Source: Clostridiales bacterium (GTDB taxonomy: Bacteria > Bacillota > Clostridia > Saccharofermentanales > DTU023). Taken from it: a stretch of 64,000 nucleotides of DNA. Where the stretch lies: contig SFFI01000004.1 of NCBI GenBank assembly GCA_004556925.1, forward strand, positions 9,298 to 73,297. The letters run 5' to 3'. The notes beneath the pieces were generated by a model. It ran no database searches. It was not told the DNA's origin and saw nothing but the letters and a program-made list of their open reading frames with translations. Both the position numbers and the translations under genes were made by a program. Every line of letters starts with the position of its first letter. Within the stretch, counting starts at the first letter, position 1. Below, one piece after another: positions 9,407 to 18,955 of the stretch.

Positions 9407-11596
9407 TTATTTGTCCCGAGGACCAAAGCGGGGTTCATAGCGCGTTTGGTGGAGAGGATCGGGCCTGGCTTCCTGGGCAGCGCTGATAGCGCGCCGGCAA
9501 AGCTCAATTTGAGAATCCAGCAGGTCCTTGCCCCGGCGATCAATCCGCTTATAAGTCCCCGATGACAGTTCAATTCTCGCCCGCTCTGTATCTTGGAGTC
9601 CCAGGCTTAAGATCTCGAAAATCCTGCGCCGGCAAGCTTCGTCATAGACCGGGGTCACCAGTTCAATCCTCCGGTCTAGATTTCTCGGCATCCAGTCGGC
9701 AGACCCAATCAAGAGGTCTTCTTCTCCCCCGTTGTAATAATAGAAAATCCGCGAATGCTCCAAGAAACGACCGACCAGGCTCCGGACTTCAATATTTTCT
9801 GACAAGCCCTGGATGCCAGGCCGGAGGCAGGAAATCCCACGCACAATCAGGCGGATGATAACCCCAGCTTGGGATGCGGCATAAAGTTCTGCTATGATGA
9901 CCGGATCAACCAGGGAGTTCATCTTAGCCACGATCATGGCCCTATGGCCCTTTCGTGCTTGGTCAGCCTCCTGGCGGATGCGGAAAATTGTATCATCCCT
10001 CAACCAGCGGGGAGCCGGGATAATCTGCTTCCAGCTGTAGGGCAGAGAATAACCAGAAATCATATTGAAAAAATTAGAGGCGTCATCGCCTAGGCTCTCG
10101 TTGCAAGACCAGAGGCCAATATCTGTGTAAATCTTCGCAGTCGTATCATTATAATTGCCTGTCCCCACATGCACATAGCGCCTGAGGCCATCCTCCTCTT
10201 CACGAACAATCAGAGTGATCTTCGAGTGGGTCTTGAGACCCTTGAGGCCATAAAGAACATGGCAGCCTGCCCGCTCCAATTGTCTGGCCCAATGGATATT
10301 ATTCGCCTCGTCAAAACGGGCTTTGAGTTCTACCAGCACCATGACCTGCTTACCTGCTAAGGCGGCATTGGCCAGTGCCTTAACAATGGGAGATTGGCCA
10401 GATACCCGGTAGAGGGTCTGCTTAATGGCGAGAACTTGGGGGTCTTGGGCTGCTCGCTCAATCACATCAATAGTGGGCTGGAAGCTTTCGTAGGGATGGT
10501 GGAGGAGGATATCCCCCTGGCGAATACAGGCAAAGGGATCAGGATCGGCTAGAAAGCCCGGTGACGCTTGGGGACTAAAGGCCGGGTATTGGAGGTCGGG
10601 CCGGGGTAAGGCCTTCATAATAGCCCGGACCAGGAGAAGGTCGACAGGACCGCGGACCCGGAAAATTTGTTCATCCGGCAGGTCCAAAACCTGCTTGAAG
10701 ATCTTGCGCACGGCCTTGGGGGCCTGGTGTTCAATCTCCAGGCGAATGACTTGTCCCCGCTTGCGGAGTTCTAGGCGTTCTTCAATCTCGGCCAGGAGGT
10801 CTGCGCTTTCATCTTCATCAATATCAAAGTCTGCATCCCGCATGACGCGGAAAGCATAGACAGCAGTAATCTCCTGGTTGTCAAAAAGGCGGTCTAAAAA
10901 TAAACGGATGACATCTTCTAAAAGGACAAAGTCCTGACGGCCGACTTGGGTCGCCTTGAGTTTAACTAGCCGAGGGAGGTTGGCCGGGACCTGGATGAGG
11001 GCAAAGGGGGGCAGGTTGTCCTCTCCCCTAGCAGTATCCTCCGCTTCTTCTAGCATCACGATCAGGTTGAGCGACCGAGTCGCCAACAAGGGAAAGGGGC
11101 GGGAAGCGTCCACCGCCATGGGGGTCAGGACCGGGAAAACACGCTTGGTAAAATAGGCCTCTAACTCCGCTTTTTGACCCTCGTTTAAAAGGTTCAGGGG
11201 CAAGAGGAAAACCCCTTCCGCCTCCAAGGCCGGTACGATTTGCCGGGTATAAGTAGAATATTGCTTTTTGAAAAATGCCTTATTGCTCTCTAAGAGCTTG
11301 GCTAGCTGTGCCTGGGGACTAAGACCAGCGGGGTCTAGACGACTGCCACCGGCTTCTATGATATTAATCAAGGAGGCTATACGGATGGTCGTATATTCAT
11401 CTAAATTGCTGCAAGTAATGGCCAGGAAGTTGAGGCGCTCGTAAAGTGGGTTATTTTTATCACGGGCCTCTTCCAAACAGCGGTCATTAAATTCCATCCA
11501 AGACAATTCTCGGTTGAGATAGGCCGGTTCGTCAGGGGCCAGGGGGGCACGGGCTTCTGGCCGATCAAAGGTATCGATTAGCTCTTGGTAAAACAT
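9407..11596 (-). CDS. ppk: polyphosphate kinase 1
   Basis: 729 aa with a PPK1-typical N-terminus (YLNRELSWMEFNDRCLEEA) and PLD-like HKD motifs (THSKITLIVREE..., LEHSRIFYY). Confidence 0.95.
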   Translation of the reverse strand: MFYQELIDTFDRPEARAPLAPDEPAYLNRELSWMEFNDRCLEEARDKNNPLYERLNFLAITCSNLDEYTTIRIASLINIIEAGGSRLDPAGLSPQAQLAKLLESNKAFFKKQYSTYTRQIVPALEAEGVFLLPLNLLNEGQKAELEAYFTKRVFPVLTPMAVDASRPFPLLATRSLNLIVMLEEAEDTARGEDNLPPFALIQVPANLPRLVKLKATQVGRQDFVLLEDVIRLFLDRLFDNQEITAVYAFRVMRDADFDIDEDESADLLAEIEERLELRKRGQVIRLEIEHQAPKAVRKIFKQVLDLPDEQIFRVRGPVDLLLVRAIMKALPRPDLQYPAFSPQASPGFLADPDPFACIRQGDILLHHPYESFQPTIDVIERAAQDPQVLAIKQTLYRVSGQSPIVKALANAALAGKQVMVLVELKARFDEANNIHWARQLERAGCHVLYGLKGLKTHSKITLIVREEEDGLRRYVHVGTGNYNDTTAKIYTDIGLWSCNESLGDDASNFFNMISGYSLPYSWKQIIPAPRWLRDDTIFRIRQEADQARKGHRAMIVAKMNSLVDPVIIAELYAASQAGVIIRLIVRGISCLRPGIQGLSENIEVRSLVGRFLEHSRIFYYYNGGEEDLLIGSADWMPRNLDRRIELVTPVYDEACRRRIFEILSLGLQDTERARIELSSGTYKRIDRRGKDLLDSQIELCRRAISAAQEARPDPLHQTRYEPRFGPRDK

Positions 11597-11610
11597 GAAG
11601 CGTTTTCTCC

Positions 11611-13149
11611 TTAGTTTTGGGGCAGCATACGGGCCACAAATTCACTCTTGGTTAAAAAGACTTGGTCAAAGAAGGCCTTAGCTTGTTCCAGATTCCAAAG
11701 TTCCAGCGTGATATCCTCAGAAGAATAGAGGCTAAAACGGGGCCTCCCCTTTTTGTTTTGGACCCGGACTCGGGCAATTTTTTGCCGATGGCTAATATCC
11801 ATGGCATTCGCCAGCATCAAAATCGCTGCCAGTTTGAAAAGGCGGAGTGATCTCGCCTGATCATGAGAATGGTCCATGTCCATATCCTGGAGATGATGCA
11901 AGTCATGGACATAAATGAGTTCGGCCAAAAACTCCATATCTGAATTCGACATCCCCGGGATTTCCAGGGATCGGACAATATCGTAGGACCTCCGGTCATC
12001 CTTACTGATACTGATATATTTACCGACATTGTGCAGAATGGCTGCCAATTGGAGCATTTCCCGATCAGAGGCCTCCAGGCCGTGGAGCTTTTTGGTCTCA
12101 TCAAAGATCTCTAGGGCTAGTTTTTCGACTTGACCACAATGGGCTTGGTCTGTCTTGTAGTGCTGTGAAATAGCCCTAGCTAGGCTGAGGCGATCTGCGG
12201 AAAAGTCGTGCTTGATCTGGTAACGGACTTCCCGCATGGCATAGGCTAAAATAATCCCTTCTTCCATATTGGTATCAGGCAAATAGGCCTGATGGAGGTC
12301 CGTGAAGCGAAAAACCTCGCCAACAATCAGGGCTGTGGGCAGGAGAAGCTTGACGTGCTCAGAAGGAATATGGTCTTCCCGTATCAGGGCTTGGCCTGTT
12401 TTGCGGGTAAGAATTTTAAGGGCTTTTTGCAAATCTTCCTGGCTTAAAAGGGTCTGACTAGCTGAGCTTAAGCCCGCAAGCTGGCGGATATAAAAGAGGT
12501 TACTGCCATTCAGGATGAGGTGCTTGACCTGGTCCACCCGGTTTTCATGAGACTTATAGTAGGCCAGATCACCTGAAATAAACTCTAAAACATAGTCCTC
12601 AAAGTTACGCGTGTGTTCCCGGAGCTCCTCTAGGACCGAAGCAATCCGCAGAGAGCCAAGCTTCATGTTTTGCGTGTTCAGGAGCCGTCCCTGGTCGTAA
12701 AGGGTAAATTGGATAGAGCCTGCACCCAGTTCCACAGCCAGGGTAGGCTCCATGATTATCTGGTCGAAATCCTGGAGTTTATGAGACAGGGCTAGGAGTT
12801 GATAATAGACTTGGTCATTATTGGAGAGGACATCCACATCAAGGCCGGTCTGCCGTTGGATAAGATCAAGAATAAAAAGTCGATTGCCAGCCTCCCGGAT
12901 GGCCGATTCGGCTACAGCCACAAGCTCGATATGGGGATATTCCTTGAGTTTTAGTTGGAAGTCTGCCAGGACATCCATGAGCTCCACAATTTTTTCTTCC
13001 GAGATTGCACCTTCAGAATAGGTATCCCTGCCAAAAGCCAAGGCCCTACTCACCTTTTCCAGAAGTTGGGGGCACTCCCGATTGCGCAGCTGGCATATGC
13101 TGAGCGAAATCTCATGAGAGCCTAAATTGATCACTGCCAGATAACGCAT
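11611..13149 (-). CDS. ppx: Ppx/GppA-family exopolyphosphatase with C-terminal HD domain
   Basis: 512 aa. Actin-like ATPase N-terminus (AVINLGSHEISL, ELGAGSIQ) and HD-domain motif LAAILHNVGKYIS. It lies directly upstream of ppk on the same strand. Confidence 0.9.
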   Translation of the reverse strand: MRYLAVINLGSHEISLSICQLRNRECPQLLEKVSRALAFGRDTYSEGAISEEKIVELMDVLADFQLKLKEYPHIELVAVAESAIREAGNRLFILDLIQRQTGLDVDVLSNNDQVYYQLLALSHKLQDFDQIIMEPTLAVELGAGSIQFTLYDQGRLLNTQNMKLGSLRIASVLEELREHTRNFEDYVLEFISGDLAYYKSHENRVDQVKHLILNGSNLFYIRQLAGLSSASQTLLSQEDLQKALKILTRKTGQALIREDHIPSEHVKLLLPTALIVGEVFRFTDLHQAYLPDTNMEEGIILAYAMREVRYQIKHDFSADRLSLARAISQHYKTDQAHCGQVEKLALEIFDETKKLHGLEASDREMLQLAAILHNVGKYISISKDDRRSYDIVRSLEIPGMSNSDMEFLAELIYVHDLHHLQDMDMDHSHDQARSLRLFKLAAILMLANAMDISHRQKIARVRVQNKKGRPRFSLYSSEDITLELWNLEQAKAFFDQVFLTKSEFVARMLPQN

Positions 13150-13230
13150 ACCGACCTCCCTGGGGAATAAACATAGGCGGATAAAAGGAGCTTTTCTGGC
13201 TGGACAGCCAGGAAAGACCTAGCCCCTCTT

Positions 13231-13258
13231 ATTCTACTTGGCAAAGTGATTTTCGCAA
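13231..13258 (-). promoter_or_regulatory. candidate sigma-70-type promoter for ppx-ppk
   Basis: On the minus strand: TTGCGA (13258-13253), 16-nt spacer, TAGAAT (13236-13231), about 85 nt upstream of the ppx start. Confidence 0.3.
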
Positions 13259-13299
13259 GTTAGGTAAGCCAGGATGTGGGCTTTTTACCACTTGTTAAC

Positions 13300-13640
13300 A
13301 TGATTTTAACTATACTCAGCTCACCCATACTTTTCATTTTTCTCACAACTTGCTACTTTTGGTTGGCAAGTCCGCTAAATCAGGGATTTGCCAACCTTTT
13401 AGACGCAGTAGTATTTCAGATTTCCTAGATTTCAGACAAATCTGCAAGTAATGGATGGTTCTCGGCGCCTAAACCACCCATTACTTGCAGGTTTGCCCTC
13501 ATTAGCATCCACTTCTTGCAAATTTGCCCGGCGCCCTCTCCCATTAGCTGCAAAAATGCCCGAGAATCCGTAAAACCAAAGTACCATGCTCTCAGATCGC
13601 CACAGCTTACAAGTTGCACTTTGGTTGACAGCACCTATTA
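13300..13640. repeat. condensed copy of the modular repeat element also found at 29630-30140
   Basis: Shared modules:
- ACTCAGCTCACCCATACTTTTCATTTTTCTCAC (13314-13346)
- hairpin GGTTGGCAAGTCCGCTAAATCAGGGATTTGCCAACC (13361-13396)
- long hairpin 13442-13490
- TTGCAAA(A/T)(A/T)TGCCCG boxes at 13516-13530 and 13548-13562. Confidence 0.75.
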
Positions 13641-13832
13641 GGTTCAAAGAGCAGTCGGCTGGCCTTATTTCTGACAGAAGAAGAATTTCATACTATAATT
13701 AATGAGTTTGCATGGTAGCTAAGGGCTTTTCACAGCCACTTCCCGCCTCAGCCAGTCCCTTCTCTAAAAGACTAAAGGGCGGATAGGCACAAGGGCGGCC
13801 AGGCAAATAGAAAATCATAGAAAGGAGTCCCT

Positions 13833-14717
13833 ATGGAAGAAAATACCAACACAGAAATCCGGATTGCAGTCCTCATTGATGCCGATAATATTTCCCACCA
13901 TTACGTCCAGCCCATGATGCAAGAGATTGCCCGTTACGGCAACCCCACCATTAAGCGCATTTATGGTGACTGGACCAAGCCTAATCTGGCAGGTTGGAAA
14001 AACCATCTGCTTGATTATGCCCTCAGTCCTGTGCAGCAATTTGCCTACACAACAGGTAAAAACTCTACCGACTCAGCCCTGATTATTGATGCGATGGATA
14101 TTTTATTTTCTGGACGGGCGGAAGCCTTTTGTCTCGTCTCCAGCGATAGTGACTTTACCCGCCTGGCTACCCGCTTGCGTGAAGCGGGTAAAACAGTCTA
14201 CGGCATTGGCGAACAGAAAACCCCCAACGCCTTTATAGCCGCCTGTGACCGCTTTATTTATCTGGAAATCTTGCAAGATGAATTTGATGATGATGAGTCA
14301 AGCGACAAGGCTGAACCTGATAAAAATACCAAGGCTAGCAAGTCCACTTCTGCTGGTCGCAGCAAAACGAGTGCCAGTAAAGATAGCAATAAATCCACTA
14401 GTAACAAGCGGAAATCTCAGAAAAAGGCTCTGGAGCATGTGGATGACAAGCTCATCCACCTCATTGACCAGAGCATCCAGGACTTAGAAGATGAAGACGG
14501 CTGGGCCTATCTAGGCGAATTAGGTCAGCTTTTGACCAAAAAGCAGCCTTCTTTTGATGCCCGTAACTACGGTTTTGCTAAGCTCTCTAGCTTGCTCCTG
14601 TCCATCGGCCGTTATGAGATGGACAACAAGGAAGTGACCAAGGGCCACGGCAAGCAACTTTTTGTCCGCCGCAAAAACGACCCCAACCGGATCAAAAAGA
14701 ACGAAAGAGCCTTTTAG
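13833..14717 (+). CDS. NYN (PIN-like RNase) domain protein with C-terminal OST-HTH/LOTUS domain
   Basis: AAAGGAG lies 5 nt upstream of the ATG. NYN motifs IAVLIDADNISHHY and SSDSDFTRLATRLREAGKTVYGIG; a K/S-rich linker; C-terminal DGWAYLGELGQLL...FDARNYGFAKLSSLL typical of OST-HTH. Confidence 0.8.
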   Translation: MEENTNTEIRIAVLIDADNISHHYVQPMMQEIARYGNPTIKRIYGDWTKPNLAGWKNHLLDYALSPVQQFAYTTGKNSTDSALIIDAMDILFSGRAEAFCLVSSDSDFTRLATRLREAGKTVYGIGEQKTPNAFIAACDRFIYLEILQDEFDDDESSDKAEPDKNTKASKSTSAGRSKTSASKDSNKSTSNKRKSQKKALEHVDDKLIHLIDQSIQDLEDEDGWAYLGELGQLLTKKQPSFDARNYGFAKLSSLLLSIGRYEMDNKEVTKGHGKQLFVRRKNDPNRIKKNERAF

Positions 14718-14757
14718 CAAAAGCTAAAGGCCCTTTCGGACAAGAAGATAATTCTTG

Positions 14758-14795
14758 TGCACTGCCTCCCCAAATGGGGAGGCAGTGCTTGTTTC
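14758..14795. terminator. bidirectional intrinsic terminator between convergent genes
   Basis: GCACTGCCTCCCC-AAAT-GGGGAGGCAGTGC followed by TTGTTTC. Confidence 0.8.
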
Positions 14796-14800
14796 AGAAC

Positions 14801-16162
14801 TTATTTCATAAAGATATAGCGGGCCACAAAGACCAGGAAGAGGATGAGCATCAAGGGAGAAACATCCTTGCGTTTGCCGGAGAAGATTTTCATAAGGACA
14901 AAGAAGATTACACCCAGAGAAATACCCTCAGCGATGGAATAAAAAAGAGGCATAGCAATAAGAGCCACATAGGCGGGAATCGCTTCTGTCAGGTCATCAA
15001 AATTCACCCGTAGGATGGAGGTGAACATAGCAAAGCCTACATAAATCAGGGCAGCTGCGGTGGCAAAGCCAGGAATCGCAATAAAGATAGGCGACAGGAT
15101 AATGGCCAGGAGGAAGAGGATACCGGTCGTAAAGGCGGTTAAACCGGTACGGCCCCCCTCTGCTACACCAGCAGAGCTTTCTACATAAGTGGTAACTGTA
15201 GACGTACCCATCACAGCACCTACAGTCGTACCAATAGCATCGGCCAGAAGGGCTTGTTTGACCTTGGGCAGTTTGCCGTGTTCGTCTAGCATATCACCCT
15301 TGGTAGCACAGCCAATTAAGGTGCCAATGGTATCGAAGATATCGACAAAGAGGAAAGCGAAAACAATGGAGAACATATCCAGGAACTTAACCTGGCTAAA
15401 GTCTAACTGGAAGCAATGGCCAAAGATATCACCAAAGCCAGAGAAGTCCGGAGCAGCCCAAGTAGGATAAAGGGAGAAGAAATTCGCTTCAGGGTTGGGC
15501 ACATAGATCCCTGCCGCCTGGCACAGCATGCCCAGAGCCCAAGTCGCAAAAATACCAATGAGGATGGCGCCCTTCACCTTGTGGTAGCTGAGCACGCCAA
15601 TGATAACAACACCAATCAAGCAGAGCAGGGCTCCAATCCCTTCGGTAGAAAAATTAGCATTGAATTTTTGCAGACCGACCAGGGTGGCATCATTCTTAAC
15701 CACCAGCTTCGCACTCTGCAGGCCAATAAAGGCAATAAAGAGGCCGATACCCGCAGAGATAGCGTGTTTCAAAGACATGGGGATGGCATTGAAAATAGCT
15801 TCTCGGGCATCTACAAAGCTCAAGAGAATAAAGATAATACCCTCGATAAAGACGGCAAACAGAGCAATCTGCCAGCTGTAACCCATGCCCAATACGACAC
15901 CAAAGGCAAAGTAGGCATTGAGGCCCATGCCCGGGGCCAAGGCAAAGGGTAAATTAGCCATGAATGCCATGCACATGCAGGCAATAAAGGACGAGAGAGC
16001 CGTAGCGATTAGGACTCCACCCGCTGGCATGCCCGTAGCGCTTAAAATTTGCGGGTTGACCGCCAAAATATAGGCCATGGTTACAAAAGTGGTAATACCA
16101 GCGGCAATTTCACTTTTTGCTGTTACCTTATGGTCCTGAAGCTTGAAGTATTTTTCCAGCAT
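14801..16162 (-). CDS. NCS2-family purine (guanine/hypoxanthine/adenine) permease
   Basis: 453 aa and multi-pass. The N-terminus MLEKYFKLQDHKVTAKSEIAAGITTFVTMAYILAVNPQIL is typical of AzgA/PbuG-type permeases. GAGGAGG lies 7 nt upstream of the ATG. Confidence 0.9.
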   Translation of the reverse strand: MLEKYFKLQDHKVTAKSEIAAGITTFVTMAYILAVNPQILSATGMPAGGVLIATALSSFIACMCMAFMANLPFALAPGMGLNAYFAFGVVLGMGYSWQIALFAVFIEGIIFILLSFVDAREAIFNAIPMSLKHAISAGIGLFIAFIGLQSAKLVVKNDATLVGLQKFNANFSTEGIGALLCLIGVVIIGVLSYHKVKGAILIGIFATWALGMLCQAAGIYVPNPEANFFSLYPTWAAPDFSGFGDIFGHCFQLDFSQVKFLDMFSIVFAFLFVDIFDTIGTLIGCATKGDMLDEHGKLPKVKQALLADAIGTTVGAVMGTSTVTTYVESSAGVAEGGRTGLTAFTTGILFLLAIILSPIFIAIPGFATAAALIYVGFAMFTSILRVNFDDLTEAIPAYVALIAMPLFYSIAEGISLGVIFFVLMKIFSGKRKDVSPLMLILFLVFVARYIFMK

Positions 16163-16301
16163 AAAAACCTCCTCATACGCTGTTCAATAAAGATACCTCC
16201 GTATATTAGCACATTTGTCAAAATTAAAAGCCCCTGGAGGCAAAAAGCCCCAGAGGCTAGATGACCAAGCTATGATCGTATTTCCATGCAAAGTGCAAGT
16301 T

Positions 16302-17135
16302 TTATTGGTCAGCTTGTAAGAGCCAGAAGTGGTTTTGGCCATCCTCCGATGTGGTCACATTGCAATTCAGACTGGCGCCTGCCTTGGCGCTTTGCGGCCG
16401 GGTTTCCCAATTTTTCCGCATCACTAGAGCCAGAACCGTATTAGCGAAAGCGGTCTGATTATCTTTGTCTGGCCCAATCGCGAAGACCAGCATATAAGTC
16501 CTGCCATCATCGGGCAGGTGCAAGGGGTCTAAAACCTCCTTGGCATAGGTCCAGCCATGCTGGGCCTTGACCAGTTTGTAATCTGGATTATCTAAGGCCG
16601 CCAGGAAGTGATCTTCCTCCGGGGCGGTACTCCCCTCCTCGGGTGGTAGCACATAGGAGAAGTCGTCCTTGGTCAGGCTACGCTCCTCAATACTCTTACT
16701 TATCCCCTCAATCATCTCACGGTATTCTTGGGGGCTAATCCCGAATTCTTCAGTCGGATCGTATCCCTCCATGAGGTGTAAGACCTCTTCCCGGAAAGCT
16801 TTTACCTTATCTTTCATCATTTGGATGTCGTTAAGATATGACTGCTGGATCATTCGGGTCTGCTCCAGTTTTTGCTCTTGCTCTTTTATCTTGTCGGCCA
16901 AAGCCAGACAAATGGTAGGGTCATCGGCTTCTAATAAAGCTTTGATTTCCTGGATAGAAAAACCCGCCAGCTGTAAGTTTTTAATTTTGACGAATTGCAG
17001 GGCCTGATTCTCAGCATAGTAACGGTATTTAGTCCAAGTATCTACCTTAACCGGTTTCAGCAGACCCACCTGGTCATAATAGCGTAGGGTTTGAGGATTA
17101 CAGTCACACAAGTCAGCAAATTCTTTAATCGTCAT
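16302..17135 (-). CDS. MerR-family transcriptional regulator with C-terminal effector-type domain
   Basis: Likely start is ATG 17135 (AAAGGAG 8 nt upstream) rather than the track start 17159. MerR HTH: MTIKEFADLCDCNPQTLRYYDQVGLLKP, followed by a coiled coil. Confidence 0.85.
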   Translation of the reverse strand: MTIKEFADLCDCNPQTLRYYDQVGLLKPVKVDTWTKYRYYAENQALQFVKIKNLQLAGFSIQEIKALLEADDPTICLALADKIKEQEQKLEQTRMIQQSYLNDIQMMKDKVKAFREEVLHLMEGYDPTEEFGISPQEYREMIEGISKSIEERSLTKDDFSYVLPPEEGSTAPEEDHFLAALDNPDYKLVKAQHGWTYAKEVLDPLHLPDDGRTYMLVFAIGPDKDNQTAFANTVLALVMRKNWETRPQSAKAGASLNCNVTTSEDGQNHFWLLQADQ

Positions 17136-17159
17136 ATCTCGTCTCTCCTTTCTGAGCAT

Positions 17160-17190
17160 TTTATAACATTGCAGTTGACTGCAAGGTCAA
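17160..17190 (-). promoter_or_regulatory. MerR-type promoter: -35 TTGACC, 19-nt spacer containing a 7-2-7 palindrome, -10 TATAAA
   Basis: The minus strand reads TTGACC-TTGCAGTCAACTGCAATGT-TATAAA. The palindrome TTGCAGT-CA-ACTGCAA lies inside the over-long spacer, which is the hallmark of MerR-activated promoters. Confidence 0.5.
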
Positions 17191-17311
17191 GCGCTTATTT
17201 CCCCTTATATCAAAAGTACATAAGACTAACCCTGAAGACTAAATAGGATAGTAGAAACAAACGTTTCTTGCTATATTAATAAGCATTACCGCACGACGGA
17301 GGGTGGGGATT

Positions 17312-18955
17312 ATGTATCGCAAAGAAATTATCAGCTATACAATCTCCACGCTGTGCGTGTTTGCAGCTGCTGGCCTGCACCTCTTATCGGCCAGGCAAGT
17401 CATTATCTTCCCTGTCCATATTGTTATTTTCTGCCTCTATACCCTAGTCGTTTGCCTCTGGAGACGGAACATGGAGAATAGGATGCTCCGAGCGGCCACT
17501 ATCGCGCATTTCCGCCTCATCAGCTATCTCTTAGTCGGATATCTTGCCCTCCGCACCTTAAAATATGAAATCCTCCTGGATAATCCTATCGCAAGTCAAC
17601 ACATTCGCTATGGCTATTATGTCTTTAGTCTCAATATTGTCCAGCTGGTGTTTTTTACCGCTTTGTTGATCGCGAAGTCAGAACGGGAGTCCATGAATAG
17701 GCTGTGGAATCTCTTGTGGATTCCGACAGAAATTTTGGTCGCTCTCATTGTCAGCAACGATTTTCACGGCCTGGCTTTTGACTTATCCGAACAAAGGATC
17801 CACCAGTACGGGCCGGTTTTTTACGCCGTCCTGATTTATATCAGTATTCTGGCCATTGGTACCCTCATCCTGACCCTGATTCCCTCCTTTGCCAGCAAGC
17901 AGTTCAAGCCCATTTTTTTCCCGGTCTTGATCCTTTTGACCTGGGTGGCCTATACCTTTCTTTATATCTTTGACTGGCAACCCTTTCAGCAGATTAAGCT
18001 CATGTTCACCAGTGCTGAATTCAATATTTTAGTCGTTATTTTATTTATTGAATCTTTGGTCTTTACCCGACTGATACCCTCCAACCGAGGATATGAGCAG
18101 TTTCTGAAGATGTCCACCATGAATATTGGCATTATGGATTTGGCGGGCCGGATTATTGTTGAACCCAAAGAAGGCGCATCGGTAAGCAATACACTCATTA
18201 GAGAAGCTTTGACCCAACCGGTCCCCCTAGATGAAAATACCCTCTTGGAGAGTGCAGAAATCCAGGGCGGATATTCTTTCTGGTTTGTGGATCTTAGGGA
18301 GTTCAACCTTCTGAAGGCCCAACTCGTAAGCCTCAACGAAGATATGCTCAGCGAACATGACCTCCTCATGGCCCATAATAAATTAGCGGAAAAGATGGCT
18401 GCACTTGAGGAACAGGAAGAAATTCGCTCTTACATTGATGAAAAATTAAATAAGCAGTTCCATTGTTTGGAAAATCTTATCTCAACCCTACCCACCGAGC
18501 AAAAAGCCTTTGAGGATTCCCTCAAACATGCCTGCATCTATAATGTATACATTAAAAGATACGCAAATCTCTTTCTCCTCTCTAAAAACCACGCCAACAT
18601 GCCCCTAGCAGAGCTCGGCCTGGCCTTTGCAGAATCCTTGGATTATTTAGGGCTGAGTGGAGTTCAGACCCAGCTTGATTGGCAGAGTAGTACTTCCTTT
18701 CCTGCAAGCACCTGCCTTCATATCTATGAAATTTTTCAAACGATTTTGGAAAGGCATTTTGTGGGTCTCAAAGCCGTCTCCGTGCATTTGAGCCAGGAAG
18801 GTCAGACCTCTGTGCTAACTATACAGCTAGAGGCTACACAGGCCTTGTCTGTCAAGGACTTAAAAGAAGAGGCGGATAATACGCTTAGCCTGGCAGAAGA
18901 CCTCGCCACCAGCAAGCCGACCTGGCAAATCTCTGTAGAAAGAGGCCGCGCATGA
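17312..18955 (+). CDS. 7-8 TM sensor-like membrane protein with cytoplasmic C-terminal domain lacking a recognisable histidine-kinase H-box
   Basis: GGAGGG lies 8 nt upstream of ATG 17312 (the track starts at GTG 17303). Eight hydrophobic segments occupy the first ~260 aa, including VSNDFHGLAF, reminiscent of 7TM sensor domains. The stop overlaps the next start (ATGA at 18952-18955). Confidence 0.7.
   Translation: MYRKEIISYTISTLCVFAAAGLHLLSARQVIIFPVHIVIFCLYTLVVCLWRRNMENRMLRAATIAHFRLISYLLVGYLALRTLKYEILLDNPIASQHIRYGYYVFSLNIVQLVFFTALLIAKSERESMNRLWNLLWIPTEILVALIVSNDFHGLAFDLSEQRIHQYGPVFYAVLIYISILAIGTLILTLIPSFASKQFKPIFFPVLILLTWVAYTFLYIFDWQPFQQIKLMFTSAEFNILVVILFIESLVFTRLIPSNRGYEQFLKMSTMNIGIMDLAGRIIVEPKEGASVSNTLIREALTQPVPLDENTLLESAEIQGGYSFWFVDLREFNLLKAQLVSLNEDMLSEHDLLMAHNKLAEKMAALEEQEEIRSYIDEKLNKQFHCLENLISTLPTEQKAFEDSLKHACIYNVYIKRYANLFLLSKNHANMPLAELGLAFAESLDYLGLSGVQTQLDWQSSTSFPASTCLHIYEIFQTILERHFVGLKAVSVHLSQEGQTSVLTIQLEATQALSVKDLKEEADNTLSLAEDLATSKPTWQISVERGRA

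Noticed and set aside
15416-15952. 178-aa plus-strand ORF and neighbouring plus-strand ORFs inside 14801-16162
   Set aside because: They are antisense to the well-supported NCS2 permease gene.
16163-16301. Purine riboswitch upstream of the NCS2 permease
   Set aside because: The gap holds a terminator-like hairpin for the MerR gene and a leader of only about 45 nt. No three-way-junction purine-riboswitch consensus is visible.
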